A stretch of DNA of 40,528 nucleotides from a virus (Duplodnaviria; Caudoviricetes). The stretch lies in the IMG/VR virus record IMGVR_UViG_3300009434_001054, positions 1 through 40,528 of that record; one strand, 5' to 3'. The translations under genes and the position numbers were made by a program. Positions within the stretch are counted from its first letter, which is position 1. Each line of letters begins with the position of its first letter. Shown piece by piece: positions 1 to 8,645 of the stretch. A model generated the notes under the pieces. That model was not told the DNA's origin and ran no database searches. It saw nothing but the letters and a program-made list of their open reading frames with translations.

Positions 1-530
1 CGCCCTTCAGGCGCGCAGCAAAAAACGCTGTGTCTACAGCAACAAAAAGTAACCAAAAAATGCCGCAACCTTACGACGAAGCTTGAGCACGACGGGTGCA
101 TCTCGCAGGGTTTTCTGTCCAGCAGTTCCAGAGGGTTCATCGCCAAGCGGTATAGGGGGTACTTTTTTATGCTGCACTTACATCAAGCTTTACGTCCAGT
201 TTTTCCTTTGAGCAAAATAGTAGTTCTACTCTTTTTTTCCTTTTGAGCGGCATGCGGAGCTCAACAGTAAAGTCCGGCCGTCAGGCTCGGTTTTTACTTG
301 TTCTAAAATAAAAAGAAGCCTACTGAACTTGTTTGTTGTAGCCTCATTGTGTTTTGAAAAGTCTGCGGTATCAGAGTGATATTGCCTAGAGGCGAGCTCA
401 GATATTGACGAGCAATTAAAGTCGAGTGAAAATCATTTTCGTAGGCGTAGCCCAGATGTACTGGATAAGAATATCCCAAAGCGAATAGGTTATATCGGGG
501 TCAATCTTCGTCAGATTGTGTGCTTTCTTT

Positions 531-553
531 TGGTTACTTTTCTTTGCACAAAC
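531..553. repeat. Left half of a host palindromic (REP/MITE-like) repeat split by the prophage
   Basis: GTTACTTTTCTTTG here pairs with CAAAGAAAAGTGAC at 40337-40350; related inverted sequence AAAAAGTAACCAAAAAA near 44-60. Confidence 0.7.
549..553 (+). repeat. Left copy of 5-bp target-site duplication CAAAC
   Basis: Immediately precedes the terminal TG at 554; identical to 40333-40337; Mu-type transposases make 5-bp duplications. Confidence 0.93.
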
Positions 554-602
554 TGTAGCGCGCCGCTTAAAACTGGACAGCTAATCACTTAGTGCTGGAC
601 GC
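554..602 (+). repeat. Left prophage end: terminal inverted repeat and two tandem transposase-binding sites
   Basis: TGTAGCGCGCCGCTTAAAACTGGACAG (554-580) matches the reverse complement of 40306-40332 at 23/27; second site CACTTAGTGCTGGACGC at 586-602, 22-bp period. Confidence 0.9.
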
Positions 603-611
603 TAATTAACG

Positions 612-1412
612 CTAAAACAGTGCGTCTTGTAGCCCTCGCGTCGGCACACCATCATTCCAGTTGCCATAAATCAACTCAACGACATCCTTCGAGTTATTAG
701 CGCCCCCAACCGTATACTTGTACTTCACTTCTTTACACGGCAGCCCTTTAAACACTTCACGAATGTCTGGGTGATCATTAATGCTGATTATTATGTTGCC
801 TTCTATAGAGCCAGCCAACTCTGCCATTTTCTCATAATGCTCCCAACCAAAGTCAACGCCATAACCTTCGGTTTCCCAGTACGGTGGGTCGCAATAGAAC
901 AGCGTATGGGGGCGATCGTACTTCTCTATCACCTTGGCCCAGTCTAACCGCTCAATCATCACTGATGACAATCTGAAATGAGCATCAGCCAAATCCTGCT
1001 CCAATGTAAATATATTGAACTTCGGCCGAGCTGTCGTTGCAGTGCCAAACGTGCGGCCCTCAACACGAGCACCAAACGCTAACTTTTGCAGGTACAAAAA
1101 CCGAGCGGCGCGCTGAACATCAGTCAACGTTTCAACTGGTGTCATTTGCATCCAATCCCAGTTTTCTCGGCTTGTTAATACCCATTTAAATTGCTTATAA
1201 AGCTCTTCTAAATGGTGTTTAACAACGCGATATAAGTTGATTAAGTCGCCATTAATATCATTTAACACCTCAACATCAGATGGCGGCTTTAAAAAAAACA
1301 ATGCTGCTGCACCACAAAATGGCTCAACATAGCATTGATGCTCAGGGAACAATGGCATGATATGTTCTGCCATTTTGCGCTTACCCCCAATCCACGGGAC
1401 TATTGGCTTCAT
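612..1412 (-). CDS. DNA adenine methyltransferase (Dam/D12 class) at the mom position
   Basis: PWIGGK, YVEPFCG (SAM binding), LNDIN and YCDPPY motifs; ATG at 1412 follows an AGAGG RBS; last gene before the end; target specificity unknown. Confidence 0.93.
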   Translation of the reverse strand: MKPIVPWIGGKRKMAEHIMPLFPEHQCYVEPFCGAAALFFLKPPSDVEVLNDINGDLINLYRVVKHHLEELYKQFKWVLTSRENWDWMQMTPVETLTDVQRAARFLYLQKLAFGARVEGRTFGTATTARPKFNIFTLEQDLADAHFRLSSVMIERLDWAKVIEKYDRPHTLFYCDPPYWETEGYGVDFGWEHYEKMAELAGSIEGNIIISINDHPDIREVFKGLPCKEVKYKYTVGGANNSKDVVELIYGNWNDGVPTRGLQDALF

Positions 1413-1476
1413 ATGCACCTCTTTATATTATTTTTATTTCAAATTTTTATTTCTCGCCATCCTTGGCTCATTACAT

Positions 1477-3927
1477 TTACTTATCGCCTTTCAATAACCA
1501 ATTCGGGCCGTTTTGAGCATAACGCTCGGTGGACGCAGGGTTCGCTTGAATTGTCTCTGGCAAAATATCGTACAACGTCACCGTTCTAACTGCCTCAGTC
1601 GCAGGATTGCCCGCAGCATCGCTGACATTGTAGTAAAGAAGGTAATCACCGGCTGTCACGCCTACATTGCCAGTGACAACAACATTAGCTGTGATATCAC
1701 CATCGACATTATCTGTAGCTGAATACCCCGGCTCAACATACGCAGAGCCAACAGCTAATAAAACAGTCGATAGCCCGCTTAGATTAATCACCGGAATCGT
1801 TGTATCAGCAGCAGCCACAGTTATTACACGAGTACGCTGAGTCGCAGGGTTACCTGCCGCATCACTCACGTCATATCTGACTGTGTAAACACCAACAACA
1901 CCTGTATTAACAGTATCGCCGCTAACAACTACATTACCAGTGATATCACCGTCAACGTCATCTGTCGCTGAAAAGCCCGGCTCAGACCATGAATTGCCTT
2001 GCACGACAGTTTGATTGCCACCTGTTAACGCGATTGCCGGAGGTACTGTATCAGCAGCTACAACTGTTATTACACGAGTACGCTGAGTCGCAGGGTTACC
2101 TGCCGCATCACTCACGTCATATGTGAGTGTATAGACATTAATAATGGCGGTGCTTACGTCATCACCACCAACAACTACGCTACCAGTAATATCACCGTCA
2201 ACATTATCTGTCGCTGAAAAGCCCGGCTCAAACCATGAAACCCCTTGAATGACGGTTTCATTACCACCCGTTAGCGTGATAACAGGCGCAACACTATCTG
2301 CTGCTAATGATGCTGTTTGTACTGCAAACGCTCCCCACGAGTTATCAGCTGCATCCCAAGCTCTTACGTCAAACGTATCGCTCTCAACAGTGTTCGCACC
2401 ACCTGTTAACGCCATAATCCCTAACGCGGACACACTAACGTCCCAAGCATCCGGCGCGGTTGTCAATTCATATTCAAGCTGATCAGAGGCTGCAAGTGCC
2501 GGAGCTGCTGTAATATCTGAGTTAGTGACATCGGTTAACGTCACGAAGCCATAACCTGCGGGCGGTACAAATGGGATCTCTTCGGTTTCGTTCGTCTCTG
2601 TATCTATCGTTACATGTACAGCATAGCCCGCTGTATCGTAAGCAAGATCAGGCATTGCGTTGTGTGCCGGGGCATCAAAAATTAATGTGTATACACCGTT
2701 AGTATCATCACGTACAGATGTTAGGTTTAATACTGTACCCGTTGCGCCATCTAACCGAACAACACTATTGCCAGTTGTTGGCGTTGTCGCTTGACCGCTA
2801 ACTGTTATCTCTAGCGCTGTATCGTCCGGTTGTATATCTGTAGGTTCAGCATCAATACTAAAAGGTGTAGCAACAGCAACACCTGTATCAAAACTGCCTA
2901 CATAGCCAACCGAGTTATAATTGATACGATCAACGTAAATACCATCGTTACCAGCTACATTGACTGCCGCTAATGCTGTTTGTGTAGTGATTAGCGTGTC
3001 ATTGATGTAACACTCAAACGTAACATCAGTACCATCGTTAGCAGTCTCAACGATCTCTAATGTGTGTATGTCTGCCATTGCGTATGCGCTTGCAGGCAAT
3101 CCTATATCGGCAATGTATGCACCATCACTACGAATCTGAATAGTCGTATAATAAGTGCCGTCATCGTTTTTAAAGAAAAAATACTGCCCCTCACTAGCCA
3201 GATTTGTATTAATCGTCGGCCCTATGTATCCGCTAGTCGTACCTGACGGGGGTAAAGTTATTTTTGATTTTTGCTCTGCTGACGTAGAAAAAAAAGCAAC
3301 TACTTTTTGAAACGCTGCGATCCCTAATTGTTGATTTTGAATGCTCGTAATGAGATCTGATCCAGTTTGAAATTCCCACTCTTCAGCATGTACAGCTAAA
3401 GAAGTGCCGTCAGGCGAATCAAAATCATCAGTGACGTCAGCAGGCCCAGAAATATTTAACGATTGAACTGTCCACGTATTTTCTGCTGCTGAATGACTAA
3501 AGCCAACGGCTCCGGTTCCTAGCGCAATAGGATTCACTTCCGCAATAGTACCAACATCTTGTCCAGCGAACGTCCAAGTAACAGTACCGTTACTGGCGCG
3601 AGTAAATACCAGATCCGCATCAGTTCCTAGCGGATAAGAAACGACTACTCCCGGCTCGTCTGTCCAGCCCCCGAAAAGCGCAGATTGCTGACCTACTGTA
3701 AAGGTAATCGATGTTGTCGCTGGCTGCATGCGTACACGCCAGCCAGCATTGTCGAGATCTACACCATTGCCAAAATACAACCAATAATTGCCGTAGGACT
3801 CATCCATCCTAATCGTCATTGCAATCGTTAGATCGTCCCATTCTGCATTAGTAATTACACCCGCTGCCGTCTCATAATTTACTGGGTGAGCAGGAACGTT
3901 AAACGGTGTTGTTATATTTAAGGCCAT
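1477..3927 (-). CDS. Acidic beta-rich protein with probable ConA/LamG-like N-terminal domains and three C-terminal DUF5011-type Ig-like repeats
   Basis: Three ~82-aa repeats of the form D..P.I.L.G...EPG(F/Y)SATD.VDGDIT..VVV...Y...Y.VSDAAGNPAT...R; no signal peptide; start overlaps upstream stop (TAATG). Confidence 0.75.
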   Translation of the reverse strand: MALNITTPFNVPAHPVNYETAAGVITNAEWDDLTIAMTIRMDESYGNYWLYFGNGVDLDNAGWRVRMQPATTSITFTVGQQSALFGGWTDEPGVVVSYPLGTDADLVFTRASNGTVTWTFAGQDVGTIAEVNPIALGTGAVGFSHSAAENTWTVQSLNISGPADVTDDFDSPDGTSLAVHAEEWEFQTGSDLITSIQNQQLGIAAFQKVVAFFSTSAEQKSKITLPPSGTTSGYIGPTINTNLASEGQYFFFKNDDGTYYTTIQIRSDGAYIADIGLPASAYAMADIHTLEIVETANDGTDVTFECYINDTLITTQTALAAVNVAGNDGIYVDRINYNSVGYVGSFDTGVAVATPFSIDAEPTDIQPDDTALEITVSGQATTPTTGNSVVRLDGATGTVLNLTSVRDDTNGVYTLIFDAPAHNAMPDLAYDTAGYAVHVTIDTETNETEEIPFVPPAGYGFVTLTDVTNSDITAAPALAASDQLEYELTTAPDAWDVSVSALGIMALTGGANTVESDTFDVRAWDAADNSWGAFAVQTASLAADSVAPVITLTGGNETVIQGVSWFEPGFSATDNVDGDITGSVVVGGDDVSTAIINVYTLTYDVSDAAGNPATQRTRVITVVAADTVPPAIALTGGNQTVVQGNSWSEPGFSATDDVDGDITGNVVVSGDTVNTGVVGVYTVRYDVSDAAGNPATQRTRVITVAAADTTIPVINLSGLSTVLLAVGSAYVEPGYSATDNVDGDITANVVVTGNVGVTAGDYLLYYNVSDAAGNPATEAVRTVTLYDILPETIQANPASTERYAQNGPNWLLKGDK
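1820..2122. repeat. Intragenic direct repeat: identical 57-bp blocks at 1820-1876 and 2066-2122 (246-bp period)
   Basis: GTTATTACACGAGTACGCTGAGTCGCAGGGTTACCTGCCGCATCACTCACGTCATAT occurs twice. Confidence 0.95.
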
Positions 3928-6005
3928 TAGCTAACGCTCCGTCGTTGTTGCGCATCGTAGAATGTGACGGTTTTAGTAGCTCCGCCGACATAGGTGATAA
4001 TTGCTGTTGTTTCACCGACCACCGGAGAACCTAACACTATGCTAGTAGCGGCCCCGTCTATATTAATCGCTGATAAAACACTATGAGATGTTGCACTTCC
4101 TAAATCAGAACGGTGCGCATATAAACCTGTACCTAAGCGAACTGTTGTTGCCCTGTCAGTTTTAGTCCAGTTTGCAGTATGAGTAAGTAGGGTTAGTTCG
4201 GCATTTGCGTTGCCGTTGCCCCATGAGAACGTATCACCGTTAATTGTTGAGTCGTGATAAGTGTTCCACTGAAGAATAACATTTTCAGCATTCGTACATT
4301 CAATTCGATCGAATACTAGAAGTACACCATCAATTAAAACTACATCACGCTGCTGTTTAGTAACGTTGCTACCAATTCCATAAGTCGGCGCACCTTCAAC
4401 TGACGCATATAAATCGCCATCTGATCCTGAGTTATCCTCTACATATAACGTATCAGGTAAATAAGTAAAATAGACATTGCTATCAGCCGTATACCAAGCA
4501 GCGGTGTTATTACCCACACCCACCAAGCTCACGTTAGCGCGATCTTCTGAGTCAAACGCAACGCTTGTGCCTCCCAGATAATGATCTTGTGGTGATCTAT
4601 TCTGCTGACCTGTCCCGATTAAAAATCCATTTTTCCACAGAGTCACAGATGTCGCATCATCATGTGCATGGTTGCCGCTATGTAACTCACCAGACCGAAG
4701 TGAAACAGATATATCATCTGCATCGAAACCCGTTCTTAGAATGTTATCGCCTGCATGCGATGCTGCCCAAACTTTAGGCATATTGTCATAAGTAGCAGCT
4801 TCTGTAATTGCATCATAAACAGGACGCATTATAAAACCTAAGCCCTGCATTCTCGCCCAGATACCGCCGGACGGATAATACTGATGCTGGGAAATCATTT
4901 TCTTAAGTTCTCCCGCAAACGGATGCGACTCATTACCTGCCAATGCTTCGGCATAAGAATAAACCTCGTCCCTCGTAATTACAGCCGTTGGTTCAGTAGC
5001 ATTTCTACCGTGCGAGAGACTCAGTGGCGTATCATTGGATCCGTAAAGATCCGGCATGGTTAAAAATGCTCGCCACATTACAGTCGACTCTAAGTACGTG
5101 GCGATAGGTGCAAAGTGATCTACACCTGTTGACCATCTCATCATAGCCCTCGCGTAATATAAATCGTGAATGGCTTTACCGTAGTTAGTCCCTTCTATTG
5201 AACCTCCACCTAGCATCTGATCAAACAATACTGCCATTCGAGGCAGCTGAACCGTAGTTAATTCATTTAACCAATAATCAGAATCGAGACTAACGTTACC
5301 GCTTTGCATTGTGTAAGTGATCGCAGGCATGTCTTTAAATGCTAATGCAGCAACTGCTAATCCAGCTATATGATGATGATGATAATTACTTGATACAGTG
5401 TCCCAAGCCCAAGTGTATGGATTGTTACCTCCAGGCGTGTCTTCCCAGTCAACAGAGTTACCGTTATTGTGAATTCGCGCATCGTAGGGGTTAAGTATTG
5501 CATACATAATCTGCATACAAACATCCATCCAGCGTGTGCGCTGAGTGGGTGTCAGCAAGTCGTAACACCAATCAAATGTCAGGGCTATACTTTTAATTGT
5601 TTGATGCGCATAGAGTCCGCGATCATAAGCGAAAACCTGCGCGTTGGCGCGAATAGGCGCAATGTCACCGGCAATAAATGGTGCAAATGCAGATTCGTGA
5701 TTAGCAACAATAGCCTCAACCTCATCAACAGCATACTGTCCTACAGCTGCGTCATTTTCAATTGCATAACCTAACGCAATGTCATAGAGGCGGTAAGCGT
5801 ACTGATTCGCACCGCCAACTTCTGAAAGTGTTGTACTTCTTAAAGTACTGGATGCGTAGTTAGCATTAAGCGCAGCGGTGTGAGGATTGTTACCAGTTAA
5901 AAGAATATGCGGGCGATCACCGGAAACAACCGGTGCACCAGTACGAAAAATCCCACTGCCGTGATCATGAAACGTGTGTGTTGCTGCTACTATGTTTTTA
6001 GTCAT
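3927..6005 (-). CDS. Heparinase II/III-like polysaccharide lyase (helical toroid plus beta-sandwich)
   Basis: RPHILL near the N-terminus, SSNYHH, EGTNYG and NHAHDDATSVTLWKNG motifs; helical N-half and beta-rich C-half; no signal peptide. Confidence 0.7.
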   Translation of the reverse strand: MTKNIVAATHTFHDHGSGIFRTGAPVVSGDRPHILLTGNNPHTAALNANYASSTLRSTTLSEVGGANQYAYRLYDIALGYAIENDAAVGQYAVDEVEAIVANHESAFAPFIAGDIAPIRANAQVFAYDRGLYAHQTIKSIALTFDWCYDLLTPTQRTRWMDVCMQIMYAILNPYDARIHNNGNSVDWEDTPGGNNPYTWAWDTVSSNYHHHHIAGLAVAALAFKDMPAITYTMQSGNVSLDSDYWLNELTTVQLPRMAVLFDQMLGGGSIEGTNYGKAIHDLYYARAMMRWSTGVDHFAPIATYLESTVMWRAFLTMPDLYGSNDTPLSLSHGRNATEPTAVITRDEVYSYAEALAGNESHPFAGELKKMISQHQYYPSGGIWARMQGLGFIMRPVYDAITEAATYDNMPKVWAASHAGDNILRTGFDADDISVSLRSGELHSGNHAHDDATSVTLWKNGFLIGTGQQNRSPQDHYLGGTSVAFDSEDRANVSLVGVGNNTAAWYTADSNVYFTYLPDTLYVEDNSGSDGDLYASVEGAPTYGIGSNVTKQQRDVVLIDGVLLVFDRIECTNAENVILQWNTYHDSTINGDTFSWGNGNANAELTLLTHTANWTKTDRATTVRLGTGLYAHRSDLGSATSHSVLSAINIDGAATSIVLGSPVVGETTAIITYVGGATKTVTFYDAQQRRSVS

Positions 6006-6058
6006 TTAACCGCACCTGTCTTTAAAAACAATAAACCTAAATTAGAATTAAAATACCG

Positions 6059-6520
6059 CTATTTTTTTTGCCAAATTTTATAATCAAGCTGGAACCCATA
6101 CGCGTCATAACCCGTGGCATCGATATTAAAAGCGCATGAGTGGTGGGTGTACTGCAAGCTGTTAGAAAAGCGGCCGTCTTCTGATTCATAAAGATTAACT
6201 CGCGCACCTAAATTACTCGTGAGCCGATCGTTCGGCCCTTCGGCCTCGCATTGAGGGCTAATATTTTTAGTGCTATCCAGCCCCGCATATACACTTGCTT
6301 CGTTTAAATACGTGCCGGAGCAACCTACCACAGTGCTAAGTATTGCGAGCAGCGTCACCGATCCTGTCGCCAAAATAATGCCTTTTAACACGCCTTTACC
6401 AGCATCGCTGGCAAAATAAGATTTAACATAAGGCCAGCCTTTACCCCAAAACGCATATATAGTTACTACAGCAAGCAGTAACAACGTCGTTAAAACAAAC
6501 TCTGTAATACTGTTATTCAT
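6059..6520 (-). CDS. Membrane/lipoprotein with a C-terminal beta-strand domain resembling half of a PagL barrel
   Basis: Two hydrophobic segments, lipobox-like VVG-C, YTHHS motif, amphipathic last strand YGFQLDYKIW; GGAG RBS. Confidence 0.5.
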   Translation of the reverse strand: MNNSITEFVLTTLLLLAVVTIYAFWGKGWPYVKSYFASDAGKGVLKGIILATGSVTLLAILSTVVGCSGTYLNEASVYAGLDSTKNISPQCEAEGPNDRLTSNLGARVNLYESEDGRFSNSLQYTHHSCAFNIDATGYDAYGFQLDYKIWQKK

Positions 6521-6554
6521 AACTTTCTCCGGTTTTTAAATTAACTAATAAAAA

Positions 6555-7202
6555 TCAAACGCTAATAATAATGGCATCAAGTTCCGCTGTTGAAACAGCT
6601 ATACCCACTTGATATCGCTTAATCTCTGCTGCTTCCATCGCTGCTAGCTTTACGTTTTTCCCATCAACCAGTACCTGCTGAATTTGCGCAGCTGTATGAA
6701 ATCGATATATTGATTCCCCAGCCGCATCCGCACACTTATAATTAGTATCCTCTGCTGCAACGACTGACCCTACTAAGTTAAATTGGCTCTTTTCATCAGA
6801 GCTATATCTGTGTGTAGTTCCCAATGCATCACTATCAAAGCCACTTTCAACCAACAGCGTCTCTTCACTGTCGATCTGTAATAGCTTCTCAGCTTTAGCA
6901 TCCTCAAGACTTTGAGGCGGCGCAGCTAGTAATGCGTCCTGCGGCAAACTAACACCAACCTCATTAATTTCATGACGCGATCCATCAGCTAACCAATATT
7001 CTGAGCCACGAAAATCAGGCACTAGCGTCCATTCGTTACTGCTAGGGTCAAAAACAGCAACCTCATCGGCACTAGCAGATAATGGCTCAACGATCGTTGC
7101 AAATGCCGGAATTAAAAAATCACCTGCATCAACGGGATCCTCGTCAGCAACAGACGAGTTTAAATATTCAAATGTTTCGCTATCGTAATTATATATATTC
7201 AT
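6555..7202 (-). CDS. Tail fibre assembly chaperone (Tfa-like, DUF4376-like C-terminus)
   Basis: IYNYDSETFEYL, LIPAFAT and WTLVPDFRG motifs; directly follows the tail fibre gene. Confidence 0.85.
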   Translation of the reverse strand: MNIYNYDSETFEYLNSSVADEDPVDAGDFLIPAFATIVEPLSASADEVAVFDPSSNEWTLVPDFRGSEYWLADGSRHEINEVGVSLPQDALLAAPPQSLEDAKAEKLLQIDSEETLLVESGFDSDALGTTHRYSSDEKSQFNLVGSVVAAEDTNYKCADAAGESIYRFHTAAQIQQVLVDGKNVKLAAMEAAEIKRYQVGIAVSTAELDAIIISV

Positions 7203-7209
7203 CGTTTTC

Positions 7210-8049
7210 TCAGTATTTAATACATAAAGTTAGCGCAGAGTTTCTAGCGCGAGTTTCATCAGATGTACGAACGACTAAAGACGCGTCAAAATCGACACTC
7301 GAACTGGAACTGAAATTAGTACCGCTACCATGTAGCGAACTTCCGTAGGGCGCGCTGAATGCGCCAGAGTTGGAGCTACCAAAGCTACCTCTTGACCCGC
7401 TCCTCAATGTACCAGTAATGTTTTGCAGCGCATCAAGCTGTAAAGATCCTAATGCTCGACCGCTATCGACACCCCGTCCGTCGTCCCACCCCCGTATCAC
7501 ATCACCCCTCAAATCCGGCAAGTTAAACGTTGTACTGCCATTACCGGTTCCAAAAATAGTGCCTATCGCTGAAAAAAGAGCACTGTATGAAGTGCGTGAT
7601 ACTGCTGCACCATTGCATTTTAAAAAACCCGTCGGCGCAGACGTCAACGGAAACGCCACAACCATGCCAGCAAAATTTACGTCTGTTATCTCTGCTTGTA
7701 CATGCCCATGCCCGGTAGCTGATTTACCCTCAAGCGCTGCCACTAAGCCCGTGATACTTGATTGCGCATGCCCATGTCCGGTTGCTGATTTACCCGCAAG
7801 CGCTGCCACTAAGCCGGTGATACTTGATTGCGCATGCCCATGTCCGGTATTCGACTTACTATCAAGAGCACTATCTAATAACGTCGAAATTTGCGCTAAA
7901 TTTCCCCGCGCAGCTGTACCGCCTAGTACGCTAATCAACGCTATCAACTCATCGTAAACTGCATTCATATCGCCCGGCAGATCAAACGACTCATCCTGAA
8001 ACTTGCCGTTAACATCTAAATTACGAGCTTGCGGATCTGGATAATCCAT
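7210..8049 (-). CDS. Short tail fibre protein with tail-collar domain
   Basis: MDYP...NGKF.DE N-terminus; collar motif PTGFLKCNGAAVSRTSYSALF...TFNLPDLRG..IRGWD; C-terminal ETRARN.AL..CIKY. Confidence 0.9.
   Translation of the reverse strand: MDYPDPQARNLDVNGKFQDESFDLPGDMNAVYDELIALISVLGGTAARGNLAQISTLLDSALDSKSNTGHGHAQSSITGLVAALAGKSATGHGHAQSSITGLVAALEGKSATGHGHVQAEITDVNFAGMVVAFPLTSAPTGFLKCNGAAVSRTSYSALFSAIGTIFGTGNGSTTFNLPDLRGDVIRGWDDGRGVDSGRALGSLQLDALQNITGTLRSGSRGSFGSSNSGAFSAPYGSSLHGSGTNFSSSSSVDFDASLVVRTSDETRARNSALTLCIKY
7701..7849. repeat. 66-bp tandem repeat in the tail fibre (GHGHAQSSITGLVAALxGKSAT, about 2.3 units)
   Basis: Near-identical units start at about 7701, 7767 and 7833; HxH motifs are typical of fibre repeats. 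Confidence 0.9.
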
Positions 8050-8060
8050 ATCAATACCTA

Positions 8061-8645
8061 CTAAATAAAATTAAATAATAAAACGCGATGATCATGCGCA
8101 TAAGCACGTAACGTGCATTCAAGTAACTCACTATTTGTATTGCTGTATCGCTCGTTATATTGCGAGCCATAACCCCGCGGCGTAATGTTTGTATCCGCCG
8201 TTATTTGCCAAACAAAATTCCAGTCTTGACCCGCCAGCGGCACACCTTGAAACGCCGTGGGCGGCCCCGGGTTAGCTTCATTAAACTCCGCAATCGTTAT
8301 TGCATAACCGAGCTGCGCAGCTAAATCGATAAAAAACTGTCGATCTTGTCCACCCACCAAATCATCCTTAATCATCAACGCATTAAGCCGTTGCAGTGTC
8401 GTTTGAGCATCTAACACACAATCAGGTAAACCGTAATCAAGCTCATATTCATCGAGCATCTGCGCTGTTGTATGCGTGCTCATTTCATTAAAAACAACAT
8501 CATGCATCGATGAAATCCGCGCAAACTCATCAGCGTATGGCTGCATCAGCTGGCCAAAATTGCTCTCCGTAGTACAGGGCCAAGCGTCACCGTGCGGCAA
8601 CAGCGCAATCATCATCGCAGTAATGTCAGCAGCACTTACGGCCAT
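8061..8645 (-). CDS. Baseplate protein, Mu gp48/YmfQ (DUF2313) family
   Basis: LLPHGDAW, LDEYELDYGLPD, FFIDLAAQLGY, LECTL; lies between baseplate J and fibre. Confidence 0.9.
   Translation of the reverse strand: MAVSAADITAMMIALLPHGDAWPCTTESNFGQLMQPYADEFARISSMHDVVFNEMSTHTTAQMLDEYELDYGLPDCVLDAQTTLQRLNALMIKDDLVGGQDRQFFIDLAAQLGYAITIAEFNEANPGPPTAFQGVPLAGQDWNFVWQITADTNITPRGYGSQYNERYSNTNSELLECTLRAYAHDHRVLLFNFI

Noticed and set aside
1-530. Host gene or tRNA serving as attachment site
   Set aside because: No ORF of 60 aa or more and no tRNA cloverleaf; it looks like degenerate intergenic repeat DNA, and the ends indicate transposition rather than integrase-mediated insertion
1820-2122. Diversity-generating retroelement TR/VR pair
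   Set aside because: Both copies are in-frame domains of one gene, differences are not adenine-specific, and no reverse transcriptase is present
7370-7957. 195-aa plus-strand ORF with CACPCP repeats
   Set aside because: Antisense shadow of the tail fibre GHGHA repeats
6555-8049. Invertible G segment with gin
   Set aside because: No recombinase gene, no second fibre in opposite orientation and no flanking inverted repeats seen
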